Origin: Nitrospiraceae bacterium
Lineage (GTDB): Bacteria > Nitrospirota > Nitrospiria > Nitrospirales > Nitrospiraceae
Assembly: GCA_037442105.1 (NCBI GenBank)
Contig: JBBIQV010000001.1
Location: 1 to 64,000 of the forward strand
DNA: 64,000 nt
Direction of reading: 5' to 3'
Of this stretch, positions 17,955-26,055 are shown one piece after another (position 1 is the stretch's first letter; each line of letters opens with the position of its first letter). A program made the translations under genes and the position numbers. The notes beneath the pieces were generated by a model. That model worked only from the letters and a program-made list of their open reading frames with translations, did no database searches and was not told where the DNA came from.

Positions 17955-18725
17955 TTACAATCCGATCTCCTTGACGAACTCCCGCGACTCTCCTTCGCCC
18001 CTCACCCGAACACGCACCAGCGCGACACGGTCCGGGTCACCGACCGGTCGTCCGTCTTTCCCCAGATAGGCGAACTGGAACTGCGCCACATGGCCGACAA
18101 GTGTGGCCGTGCCGCCGTCGACCTCTCGCATGATCCGGCCAATCCCCTCCGCATCCCGGCCCAGGTAGTAACGGACACGATTCGAGACGTAGGCCACACT
18201 CCCCGCTGGGAATGCCTGTCCCAGGGGCCACATCAACTCCAGTGCTTTGCGTTGCCCATCGCGAGCAAGCTGACCGGTGGTGCACCGTTCTGCAGAACAG
18301 ACCCAGATCGTTTTGCCCTTGGGCCACTCTGATCCGTCGTTGACCGTGAGGGTCTGTAAAGAGGGGCTGGCTGGCTGGGTCAAGGTCGTCACATAGCCGG
18401 ATATGTTCGAGACAAACGTGATGTCCTGCTCGGCCATGCCAAGCAGCCCCGTGCCGGGCCTGGTACCAGGCCCCATCATGCGCAGTTCATTCCCCATCAC
18501 ATCCAGCCCGATGCGCAGTTCCTGATGCTGGGCAATCCGCTCCTGCTGTCGCGTAAGCCGTTGCTGACCGCTCACCAGCATGTCGAACGCCGCTGCCAGC
18601 ACCACGGCGCCGATCGCCAGCGATACCAGCAACTCGACGAGGCTGCCGCCCCCGCAATTCCATGCCAGGCTCGGCTGCAGCGGGCCAAGTCGCTGGAGTC
18701 GCACCTTTGTGGCTCGTCCGATCAT
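17955..18725 (-). CDS. PilW-like minor pilin (second set)
   Basis: G|GSLVELLVSLAIG; QELRIGLDVMGNELRM; FQFAY. Confidence 0.8.
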   Translation of the reverse strand: MIGRATKVRLQRLGPLQPSLAWNCGGGSLVELLVSLAIGAVVLAAAFDMLVSGQQRLTRQQERIAQHQELRIGLDVMGNELRMMGPGTRPGTGLLGMAEQDITFVSNISGYVTTLTQPASPSLQTLTVNDGSEWPKGKTIWVCSAERCTTGQLARDGQRKALELMWPLGQAFPAGSVAYVSNRVRYYLGRDAEGIGRIMREVDGGTATLVGHVAQFQFAYLGKDGRPVGDPDRVALVRVRVRGEGESREFVKEIGL

Positions 18726-19240
18726 CGCGTCCCCATATAGGTAGGGTTGGCCCGCAACGTTCCCAGATGAATTTCTTTGTGGTGGCCGCCCTCAACCTCG
18801 TATCGTGCCCGCGCTGTGATGACGGCCGACGCCACGGATGCCAGTGGGACATTGCGCCCGAGCGCGACGGTCCACACAAGATGAATCCCTTCACGGTCCG
18901 TGCTCGCGGTAAACGTACCGTCATTGGCCGTCTCATCCGGCGCGATCCCGTCATCGCGCATCACCGTTTCCGCCACGCCATCGTGGTCCACATCGTCCCG
19001 GAGCAACTCGCTCCACGCACCGGCCCGCTTCGCTTCCAACCTCGACTCAGCCATCGCCAACGCGTGAGTCGACTTGATGCCCTGCTGCAATCCACGATCC
19101 GCGACTTGAGCCATTCCAAGTCCGGCCAGAAACCCGAGGCTGGCGAGCACCATCGCGATCATGACCTCTATCAAACTGTGCCCTGCTGCGACACCTTGCT
19201 TGCTCAATGGATGCCGCTTGTTTTGAACGACGCTCCTCAC
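18722..19240 (-). CDS. PilV-like minor pilin (second set)
   Basis: G|HSLIEVMIAMVLAS; ALAMAESRLE; 4-bp overlaps with both neighbours. Confidence 0.8.
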   Translation of the reverse strand: MRSVVQNKRHPLSKQGVAAGHSLIEVMIAMVLASLGFLAGLGMAQVADRGLQQGIKSTHALAMAESRLEAKRAGAWSELLRDDVDHDGVAETVMRDDGIAPDETANDGTFTASTDREGIHLVWTVALGRNVPLASVASAVITARARYEVEGGHHKEIHLGTLRANPTYMGTR

Positions 19241-19671
19241 AGGATGGTGACCTTTCCCGTAAAGCTGACCGTCAATGTCCGCGTGTTCTGATTCCCATCG
19301 CGCAGAGTGATCGTAGTGGCCGCCGCCGACCGCCCGCTTGGATGGAACATGATGTTGGGGCCGCCGCTGAGACGCTCAACCCTCGTCCCTCTACCGGACA
19401 AATCGCACTGTTTCAGCACTGCCCCTGGCACATCGGCACGCTCCGTGCGAAGGACCGTTCGCTCCGCATCAACAACCACACGAATCCGCTCCCGCCGAGC
19501 AATGGCCAACTGCCGCGCAAATCGCAGCTCCGCCGCAAGCTCCGTTGTGACGGCCTGTCCGTGAGACTTCGCCGCCACTGTCGCAAAGTTGAGGCCCGCC
19601 ATCGTGCAAACGATGGTCACGATGGCCAGCACGAACAGCGCCTCGAGAAGTGTGAACCCTTCGTTTTTCAT
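19237..19671 (-). CDS. FimT/GspH-like minor pilin (second set)
   Basis: MKNEG|FTLLEALFVLAI; LAAELRFARQLA; FHPSG; TGKV. Confidence 0.85.
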   Translation of the reverse strand: MKNEGFTLLEALFVLAIVTIVCTMAGLNFATVAAKSHGQAVTTELAAELRFARQLAIARRERIRVVVDAERTVLRTERADVPGAVLKQCDLSGRGTRVERLSGGPNIMFHPSGRSAAATTITLRDGNQNTRTLTVSFTGKVTIL

Positions 19672-19735
19672 CGATGCTTCCCTCTCCCGATCAACCACCA
19701 ATCTCTCCACGCCACGCCTCGCCGTATGGCCGGCT

Positions 19736-19752
19736 TCCAAGTCTCGTGCCGC
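19736..19752 (-). promoter_or_regulatory. Possible variant sigma54 promoter for the second minor-pilin set
   Basis: Minus strand CGGCACGAGACTTGG: good -24 element, but TTGG instead of TTGC at -12. Confidence 0.4.
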
Positions 19753-19990
19753 GAAGAACCGAATGGGGTGAATGATCAACACCGACGCCACTAAGGGAAC
19801 ACCAGGTCGGCAAGTGGTTGAAGAATGTGAGGGAAACTCGCGCATGCAGCGCGAGGTCACAACGAATCTCTGGAAAACCAGGTGGGAAACAACCCCATGG
19901 GCTGTCCCTCTTCAGATACAACGCACCAACCGTTTAGATACAGTGGCCGCTGAAGAATCTCGACGAAGGCAGGGCGCTCGGCCCAGGGTC

Positions 19991-20773
19991 TTACCGTTGC
20001 AAGTCGATGAGGCTCCAGTACCAATTGAGAAGAGGTTCGTGGAAGAAGAGCGCGAGGACCGCTCCCAGGGCCAGAAAGGGGCCGAACGGCAAATACTGAT
20101 CTCGCCGGATGACCTTGGTGGCGATGAGACCGACTCCGACGACGGAGCCTACCAGTGACCCAATCATGATCGTGAGCAAAACAGGTTTCCAACCCAGAAA
20201 GGCGCCGATCATTGCGATGAGCTTAATATCGCCCCCGCCCATTCCTTCTTTCCCGAACAGGTAAGGGCTTGCCCAGGCCAACCCCCACAAGATTCCCCCT
20301 CCTACCACCACTCCCAACAGTGAGTTCACCAAGCCCACAGGGAGGATCGTCACGGCTCCCAGGAGGCCCAGGAAGATCCCCGGAAGTGTCACGACGTTTG
20401 GAATGATCTTGTGCGAGAGGTCCGTGCCGGTCACCACAAGCAACGAAGAAAACAGTATGGCATAAACGGCCGTACTCCAAGCCGGACCAAAATACCAGAA
20501 GATCACCGCATAGCCCGTGGCATTCGCGGCTTCAATGATCGGGTACCGGAAAGAGATCGGTGTCCTACAGGCCCTACAGCGTCCCCTCAACAGCAGGTAG
20601 CTCAGAAGCGGAACATTGTCATAAAACGCAATCCGATTGCCGCACGCCGGGCAGTGGGAGGCCGGCCATATGATGGACTCCTGGCGAGGCAATCGGTGGA
20701 TGCAGACGTTGAGAAAGCTGCCGATGACGGCGCCGAACAGTCCCGCAATCAGAAGGGAAGCCGTGGATATCAT
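19991..20773 (-). CDS. pilD: Prepilin peptidase/N-methyltransferase PilD
   Basis: GSFLNVCIHRLP, SHCPAC, GRCRAC, GMGGGDIKL, PFGPFL. Confidence 0.96.
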   Translation of the reverse strand: MISTASLLIAGLFGAVIGSFLNVCIHRLPRQESIIWPASHCPACGNRIAFYDNVPLLSYLLLRGRCRACRTPISFRYPIIEAANATGYAVIFWYFGPAWSTAVYAILFSSLLVVTGTDLSHKIIPNVVTLPGIFLGLLGAVTILPVGLVNSLLGVVVGGGILWGLAWASPYLFGKEGMGGGDIKLIAMIGAFLGWKPVLLTIMIGSLVGSVVGVGLIATKVIRRDQYLPFGPFLALGAVLALFFHEPLLNWYWSLIDLQR

Positions 20774-20860
20774 ACCGATCGCCACCCCATGAAATGGATT
20801 AGGCGCATAAGTCTCATTCTGGCTTGCTAGATAGTTCCTAGTGTGCAAAAAATACTTCCA

Positions 20861-20890
20861 TTTACATTCCCTGCGAGAATCCCCTATAAT
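20861..20890 (+). promoter_or_regulatory. Sigma70-type promoter of the LuxR-type gene
   Basis: TTTACA-18bp-TATAAT. Confidence 0.6.
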
Positions 20891-20970
20891 GTGTTGTCCT
20901 TTCCGGCAAAGCTGACGGCTTCATCGTATGCCGTCAGGAAATTTCACAATTGAACGAAGGAGATATTCAC

Positions 20971-21255
20971 ATGGCGAAGGCAGCAGCGACATCCAGAAAG
21001 CGCTCAAAGAGACCGGTTCTCGACCTGACGCCTCCTCCCAGGAAAAAACGGCCTGAAGCCCTCACGAGCCGTGAGGAGGAGATTCTCGAGCTGATCTGGG
21101 CCGGATTTAAGAACAAAGAAATCGCCCAGCGCCTCAAGATCAGCGTCAAGACGGTGGAGGCCCACCGCGCGAACATGATGAAAAAGATGCGGGTCTCCAA
21201 TACGGCGCAGTTGCTCAAGACGGCCATTCAAGGTGGAATGCTCAGGGTTCGCTAG
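20971..21255 (+). CDS. Stand-alone LuxR/GerE-type HTH regulator
   Basis: LTSREEEILELIWAGFKNKEIAQRLKISVKTVEAHRANMMKK; AAGGAG RBS. Confidence 0.92.
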   Translation: MAKAAATSRKRSKRPVLDLTPPPRKKRPEALTSREEEILELIWAGFKNKEIAQRLKISVKTVEAHRANMMKKMRVSNTAQLLKTAIQGGMLRVR

Positions 21256-22033
21256 GGCGCGTCCTCTCACGTGCAGGCTGGGTCCGCTGCCGCACCGCCT
21301 CAAAAAGCGCGATAGCCGCAGCGGCCGACACGTTCAGTGAGGCTACCCGCCCACGCATGGGAATACGGGCGCGTTCATCGCATTTATCCAGCACGCCGGG
21401 ACGAATGCCTCTACCTTCTCCGCCAAGCACCAACGCAGTCGGGCCCTGCAGGTCGAGGTCGGTCACCTGCTTTGGGGCGGCGGCGTCCAGGCCGTATACC
21501 CACAGTCCTTCAGCTTGTAACTGCTCGATAAGGCGAGAGAGGTTGGCCACGCGCCCTACCAGGAGATAATCGAGTGCGCCGGCTGACGCCTTCGCCACGG
21601 TCGCTGTCAGCGCAGCCGATCGACGCTCCGGCACAAACACCCCGTGGACGCCCGCCGCCTCAGCCGTCCGGAGCACCGCGCCCAGGTTATGCGGATCTTC
21701 CACCCCATCCAGTATCACCACCAGCGGTGGCTCGTGGCGCATGCGAGCCACAGCGAGAATGTCCTCTTGGCCCACATACGACTTGGCCGCGATGAACCCG
21801 ATGATTCCTTGATGCTTGCCGTCTGGGACAAGCCGATCTAAGGCAGGGCGCGGCTCGACATGGACCGGAACCTGTTGCGATCGAGCGAGTCGAATCACGT
21901 CCTCGAATTGGCGGTCGGTCCGAAGCACCAGAATCCGCTGGAGCGGCCGCGATCGCGCGCGCAACGCCTCTCGCACTGCATGGAGACCGTAGAGAAGTTC
22001 CGCAGGCTCAGCGTTTCCACCGGCTCGTGCCAT
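21242..22033 (-). CDS. rlmB: 23S rRNA G2251 2'-O-methyltransferase RlmB
   Basis: LYGLHAVREAL, HQG, DPHNLGAVLRTA, GGEGRG, SLNVSAA. Confidence 0.95.
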   Translation of the reverse strand: MARAGGNAEPAELLYGLHAVREALRARSRPLQRILVLRTDRQFEDVIRLARSQQVPVHVEPRPALDRLVPDGKHQGIIGFIAAKSYVGQEDILAVARMRHEPPLVVILDGVEDPHNLGAVLRTAEAAGVHGVFVPERRSAALTATVAKASAGALDYLLVGRVANLSRLIEQLQAEGLWVYGLDAAAPKQVTDLDLQGPTALVLGGEGRGIRPGVLDKCDERARIPMRGRVASLNVSAAAAIALFEAVRQRTQPARERTRPSEP

Positions 22034-23489
22034 CGGGACGGTCCTCGATGATGACCCCATGCTCGGCTAGACGCTTTCTGATTGCATCAGCTTTGGGGAA
22101 GTCTTTTCGTGAGCGCGCTTCATTTCGTTCCCGCAATAGGCTCTCAATCTCGCTATCCGAAGGACCAGATTTTTGCACTGTGATTGGCAAAGCCTCGTCG
22201 GTCTCTGAGACTCGGTTGATCGGTACAACGATCGGGCCAAATTGCCACCTGTCCAATTGAAACAATCCGAGATTGTTGCCAATCGACCGAAACTCCTTTC
22301 TGGCTATCTGCCGCGCTTCAGTCGAAAGACCTCGGTCAAGCAATTTATTGACGTCGCTTCTCAGCCCCTGCAATACCGCAATCGCCACCGGCGTATTGAA
22401 GTCGTCGTCCATCGCCTCGCGAAATGCCACCCGGCACCGCTCGGTCACTTCCATGAGTTCCCTGTCAGCCGTGGTTCTTTCTTCTGGCTCAGCCAGTCGC
22501 TTCAACAGAAGATCATAGAACCCATTCAACGCACTCTTCGCCTCATCTAAACTCTTATCGGAAAAATCTAAAGGACTTCGATAATGGGTCCCGAGCAAGA
22601 AGTATCGCAGCGTCTCCCCGGTTTCCAGTTCAGGCCATTTTGACTTTTCAAGAATCTCCCGAATAGTGAAAAAGTTACCTAGTGACTTCGACATCTTCTC
22701 TTGATTGATCTGCACGAAGCCGTTGTGGACCCAATAACGCGCGAATTCTTTGCCGGTGGCGCCGCAGGACTGGGCGATCTCATTTTCGTGATGGGGGAAA
22801 ATCAGATCCATTCCGCCACCGTGGATGTCGAATGTCTCTCCGAGATGGCGAATCGACATGGCGGAACATTCGATATGCCAGCCCGGTCGCCCTGGTCCCC
22901 AGGGACTGCCCCACGCAGGCTCTCCCGGCTTGCCGCCCTTCCATAACGCAAAATCCATCGGATGCTTTTTTCGCTCGTCGATTTCCACGCGAGCGCCAGC
23001 TTGCAAGTCTTCCAGTTTTCTCTTGGAGAGACGACCATAGGCTGGATACTTTTCCACCTCGAAATAAACATCGCCGCCGACTTGATATGCTATTCCTTTT
23101 CTCACGAGGGTCTCGATCAGGTCGATGATGTCGGTGATGTGTTCCGTAGCCTTCGGCTCCTTCGATGCGGGGCGGATTCCCAGCCGGCCCATGTCTTCAT
23201 AGTAGGCCGCAATATATTTCGATGTGATGGCCTCACAGCCGACCTTTTGTTCGTTCGCTCGTTTAATGATCTTGTCATCCACATCCGTGAAGTTTTTAAC
23301 AAACTCGACCCTGTACCCGGAATACTCCAAATAGCGTCTGATCACGTCGAACACGAGGGCGCTCCGGGCATGCCCCAAGTGGCAATAGTCATACACGGTC
23401 ACGCCGCACACATACATGCGAACCAGCTTCGGCACGAGCGGTTCGAAGGGCTCTTTCCGTCCGGTAAGCGTGTTATAGATTGTCAGCAT
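22008..23489 (-). CDS. cysS: Cysteine--tRNA ligase
   Basis: YVCGVTVYD, HLGH, PGWHIEC, DIHGGG.DL.FPHHENE, KMSKS. Confidence 0.98.
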   Translation of the reverse strand: MLTIYNTLTGRKEPFEPLVPKLVRMYVCGVTVYDYCHLGHARSALVFDVIRRYLEYSGYRVEFVKNFTDVDDKIIKRANEQKVGCEAITSKYIAAYYEDMGRLGIRPASKEPKATEHITDIIDLIETLVRKGIAYQVGGDVYFEVEKYPAYGRLSKRKLEDLQAGARVEIDERKKHPMDFALWKGGKPGEPAWGSPWGPGRPGWHIECSAMSIRHLGETFDIHGGGMDLIFPHHENEIAQSCGATGKEFARYWVHNGFVQINQEKMSKSLGNFFTIREILEKSKWPELETGETLRYFLLGTHYRSPLDFSDKSLDEAKSALNGFYDLLLKRLAEPEERTTADRELMEVTERCRVAFREAMDDDFNTPVAIAVLQGLRSDVNKLLDRGLSTEARQIARKEFRSIGNNLGLFQLDRWQFGPIVVPINRVSETDEALPITVQKSGPSDSEIESLLRERNEARSRKDFPKADAIRKRLAEHGVIIEDRPDGTSRWKR

Positions 23490-24145
23490 GACGGGGGACC
23501 CGATGAGACATCGACACCTCGACGGCGCGGCCAGTGGGACCAGAGAAAATACCCGAGCGCCAACGCCAGAAGCACACCGATGACCACATCAAACTGGTGG
23601 AAATACTCCCGCAACTGCTCCCATCGCTCGCCCATTTTTACACCGATATAGGCCAGCAAATAACACCAGGGCAAGGCCCCGACGAAGGTGAACAGGACGA
23701 ACCGCGGGAAATGCATTTGGGCGATACCGGCAGGAAGAGAGATGAACGTGCGCACGACCGGCAGCATCCGGCTGATAAACACCGCCGCTTCTCCGTATTT
23801 CGCAAACCAACGATCGGCCACGTCCAAATCCCGGTGCGAAATGAGAAGATAGGGCCCATACCGTTCTACAAATGGCCGGCCTCCCCACAGACCGGCGTAA
23901 TAGGCGATAATAGACCCGACCACGTTCCCCACCGCTCCGGCCAGCGTCACACCGAGCATCGAAAACTGCCCCGTTGAAACGAGATAACCTGAGAAGGGCA
24001 TGATAATCTCGCTCGGCAAAGGAATACAGGCGCTTTCAATCGCCATCGTCACTAGGATGCCCGTATACCCGAACTGCGAAATCGTCGTGACAACGAAGCG
24101 ACTCAGCACCGCGATGATCTCCTCGATAAGCGAGGCTATTCCCAC
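23483..24145 (-). CDS. dedA: DedA-family membrane protein
   Basis: ESACIPLPSE; F.SRMLPVVRTFISLPAG. Confidence 0.9.
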   Translation of the reverse strand: MGIASLIEEIIAVLSRFVVTTISQFGYTGILVTMAIESACIPLPSEIIMPFSGYLVSTGQFSMLGVTLAGAVGNVVGSIIAYYAGLWGGRPFVERYGPYLLISHRDLDVADRWFAKYGEAAVFISRMLPVVRTFISLPAGIAQMHFPRFVLFTFVGALPWCYLLAYIGVKMGERWEQLREYFHQFDVVIGVLLALALGYFLWSHWPRRRGVDVSSGPPSC

Positions 24146-24157
24146 AGGCTTACCCTC

Positions 24158-24952
24158 CTATCGACCACTCGTCGCACGACGGCGCAGGCCGAAACGGCCG
24201 TGGGAAAGCTGAAGCTCCCACCGGCGGAATTGATCCAATGCGGCATAGTGCGTCGTGTCCAAATGGATGGGCGTGAGCGACACGAGACCCTGGTGAATAG
24301 CCTCGTAGTCCGCATCTTTCTTCCGGCTCCACGATATGCGGGTGCCGGCGATCCAATAATACTTTCGCCCGCGCGGGTCCGTTTTCTCCACAATCGGGTT
24401 GTCGAAACGCCGCCGGCTGAGACAAGTCACTTTCACGCCTCGAATTGCGCGCGCCGGTCGATCGGGCACATTCACATTGAGGATCGTCTCCTCCGGCAGG
24501 CCCCATTGCAGAATCATCGCCGCAACGCGTGCGGCGTAACGCGCGCCCACTTCAAACCGAAACCGGATGTCCCCCTCCTGCGACACCGCCATCGCCGGAA
24601 CCCCAAGAATCGCGCCTTCGACGGCCGCGGAGACCGTCCCAGAATACACCACATCGTCGCCAAGATTGACTCCTTTGTTAATACCGGAAACGATCAGTGC
24701 GGGCGGCTTGGGCATGACCTCCATCAGCGCGAGGTTGACGCAATCGACCGGCGTGCCGTTCACACAAAACTGCCGTGCGGCCAGACGGGTAATCCGTAAC
24801 GGTTTGTGCAAGGTCACGGCGTGTGCGACAGCGGTGCGCTCCCGATCCGGTGCAACCACCCACACCTCACCAAGTTTCTGCAGCGCCTTCGCGAGCGCAA
24901 TCAGGCCAGGAGAGTGTACCCCGTCATCATTGGTAACCAGTATGCGCGTCAT
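24158..24952 (-). CDS. surE: 5'/3'-nucleotidase SurE
   Basis: ILVTNDDG, GTPVDCV, SGINKGVNLG, YSGTV. Confidence 0.96.
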   Translation of the reverse strand: MTRILVTNDDGVHSPGLIALAKALQKLGEVWVVAPDRERTAVAHAVTLHKPLRITRLAARQFCVNGTPVDCVNLALMEVMPKPPALIVSGINKGVNLGDDVVYSGTVSAAVEGAILGVPAMAVSQEGDIRFRFEVGARYAARVAAMILQWGLPEETILNVNVPDRPARAIRGVKVTCLSRRRFDNPIVEKTDPRGRKYYWIAGTRISWSRKKDADYEAIHQGLVSLTPIHLDTTHYAALDQFRRWELQLSHGRFGLRRRATSGR

Positions 24953-24964
24953 GAGACAAGGAAC

Positions 24965-24988
24965 AAAAAAAGCTGCGCAAGGCAGCTT
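24965..24988 (-). terminator. Intrinsic terminator downstream of tRNA-Pro
   Basis: Minus strand AAGCTGC-CTTGC-GCAGCTT followed by a T tract. Confidence 0.65.
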
Positions 24989-24997
24989 CAGCAACCA

Positions 24998-25094
24998 GGC
25001 TGAGGTTCAGGTTGAGGCTGAGGTTAGGAAAACGGCCTGGGCCCCTTTACCCTTGTACTATCCCTTCATCTCAACCTTACCCTTAACCTCAACC
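24998..25094. repeat. Inverted pair of hexamer tandem repeats
   Basis: Five GG(C/T)TGA-like units at 24998-25027 and four complementary TCAACC-like units at 25071-25094. Confidence 0.75.
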
Positions 25095-25105
25095 TTCTAA
25101 AAAAA

Positions 25106-25182
25106 TGGTCGGGGCGAGCCGATTTGAACGGCCGACCACTCGCACCCCAAGCGAGTACGCTACCGGGCTGCGCCACGCCCCG
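25106..25182 (-). tRNA. tRNA-Pro (GGG)
   Basis: CGGGGCGTGGCGCAGCCCGGTAGCG...CTCGC-TTGGGGT-GCGAG...GTTCAAATC...CGCCCCGACCA; cloverleaf with encoded CCA. Confidence 0.97.
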
Positions 25183-25297
25183 ACCTTATTCACTTCGTGT
25201 TCTCGATCTGCACCTACGTAAATCCGGCTCCCCCAGTCGCAGATAACTTAACGCGGCTTATTCATGCGTGCCGGGCATCCGGGGGCCGGCCGCCCTG

Positions 25298-25648
25298 TCA
25301 TGCCGAGTGGGAGTCCAGAATCCGGAGGACGGCTTGCAGATCACCTCGGACCCGCTGTACCACGTCTTTCCGCGACACGTGCTTACTAGCGACTCGGCTC
25401 CTACGCGTCCAGTACCGCTTCACGCCTGCAAGCGTATGGCCTTCCTCATACAACATCCGCTTGATCTCGAGAACGGTCTCGATATCGCGTTGGACGTATA
25501 GCCGTTGATTGCCCCGGCTTTTCTTAGGCTTCAGGAAACTGAATTCGGATTCCCAAAATCGCAGGACGTATGCCGGAAGCTTCGTGATCTGACTGACTTC
25601 TCCGATCTTATAAAAGACTTTAGTCCCCAGTCTGGGTTCATTGCCCAT
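25298..25648 (-). CDS. MerR-family HTH regulator (ihfA-associated)
   Basis: YKIGEVS...YVLRFWESEF..LKPKK..GNQRLY; ihfA-merR-tRNA-Pro synteny. Confidence 0.92.
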   Translation of the reverse strand: MGNEPRLGTKVFYKIGEVSQITKLPAYVLRFWESEFSFLKPKKSRGNQRLYVQRDIETVLEIKRMLYEEGHTLAGVKRYWTRRSRVASKHVSRKDVVQRVRGDLQAVLRILDSHSA

Positions 25649-25686
25649 GACCGGTCCTCGTTACCGTGCTGGAATGGTGCTGAAGC

Positions 25687-25962
25687 CTAGGAATTGACGT
25701 ACTTCTTGAAAACCTGGCTTGGTCGAAAGGTGACCACCCGTCGCGGGGTAATCCCGATTTCTTCGCCTGTACGAGGGTTTCGACCCTTGCGCGCTCCCTT
25801 ACTCCGCACGACAAAATTGCCGAAGCCCGCGATCTTGACGGATTCTCCTTTCTGGAGAACGGATTTGAGAAGATTGAGAACGAGTTCGACGATATCCGCA
25901 GCCTCATTCTTCGAGACACCGACCTGCTTGAATATTTCGTTTGCGATATCAGCCTTCCTCAT
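25687..25962 (-). CDS. ihfA: Integration host factor alpha
   Basis: VKIAGFGNF, GRNPRTGE, RRVVTFRPS; GGAGG RBS. Confidence 0.93.
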   Translation of the reverse strand: MRKADIANEIFKQVGVSKNEAADIVELVLNLLKSVLQKGESVKIAGFGNFVVRSKGARKGRNPRTGEEIGITPRRVVTFRPSQVFKKYVNS

Positions 25963-26009
25963 ACCTCCCCCCTCACGGCTATCCCCGTCAGCTACCATGA
26001 ATTTCCCAT

Positions 26010-26038
26010 AAGTTACGTGAGGTTATCAGTTGTGTCAA
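26010..26038 (-). promoter_or_regulatory. Sigma70-type promoter of ihfA
   Basis: Minus strand TTGACA-17bp-TAACTT. Confidence 0.6.
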
Positions 26039-26055
26039 GGATAATTCTGGCCGGC

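Noticed and set aside
20900..20941. c-di-GMP-I riboswitch suggested by GGCAAA/GCAAAGC
   Set aside because: The GNRA-capped P2 and receptor-bearing P3 layout is absent; kept only as a generic hairpin.
24998..25094. Short repeats as a CRISPR array
   Set aside because: The units are 6-7 nt without unique spacers, and there are no cas genes.
25106..25182. tRNA-Pro as an island integration site
   Set aside because: No integrase nearby and no duplicated tRNA 3' end; the flanking genes are core.
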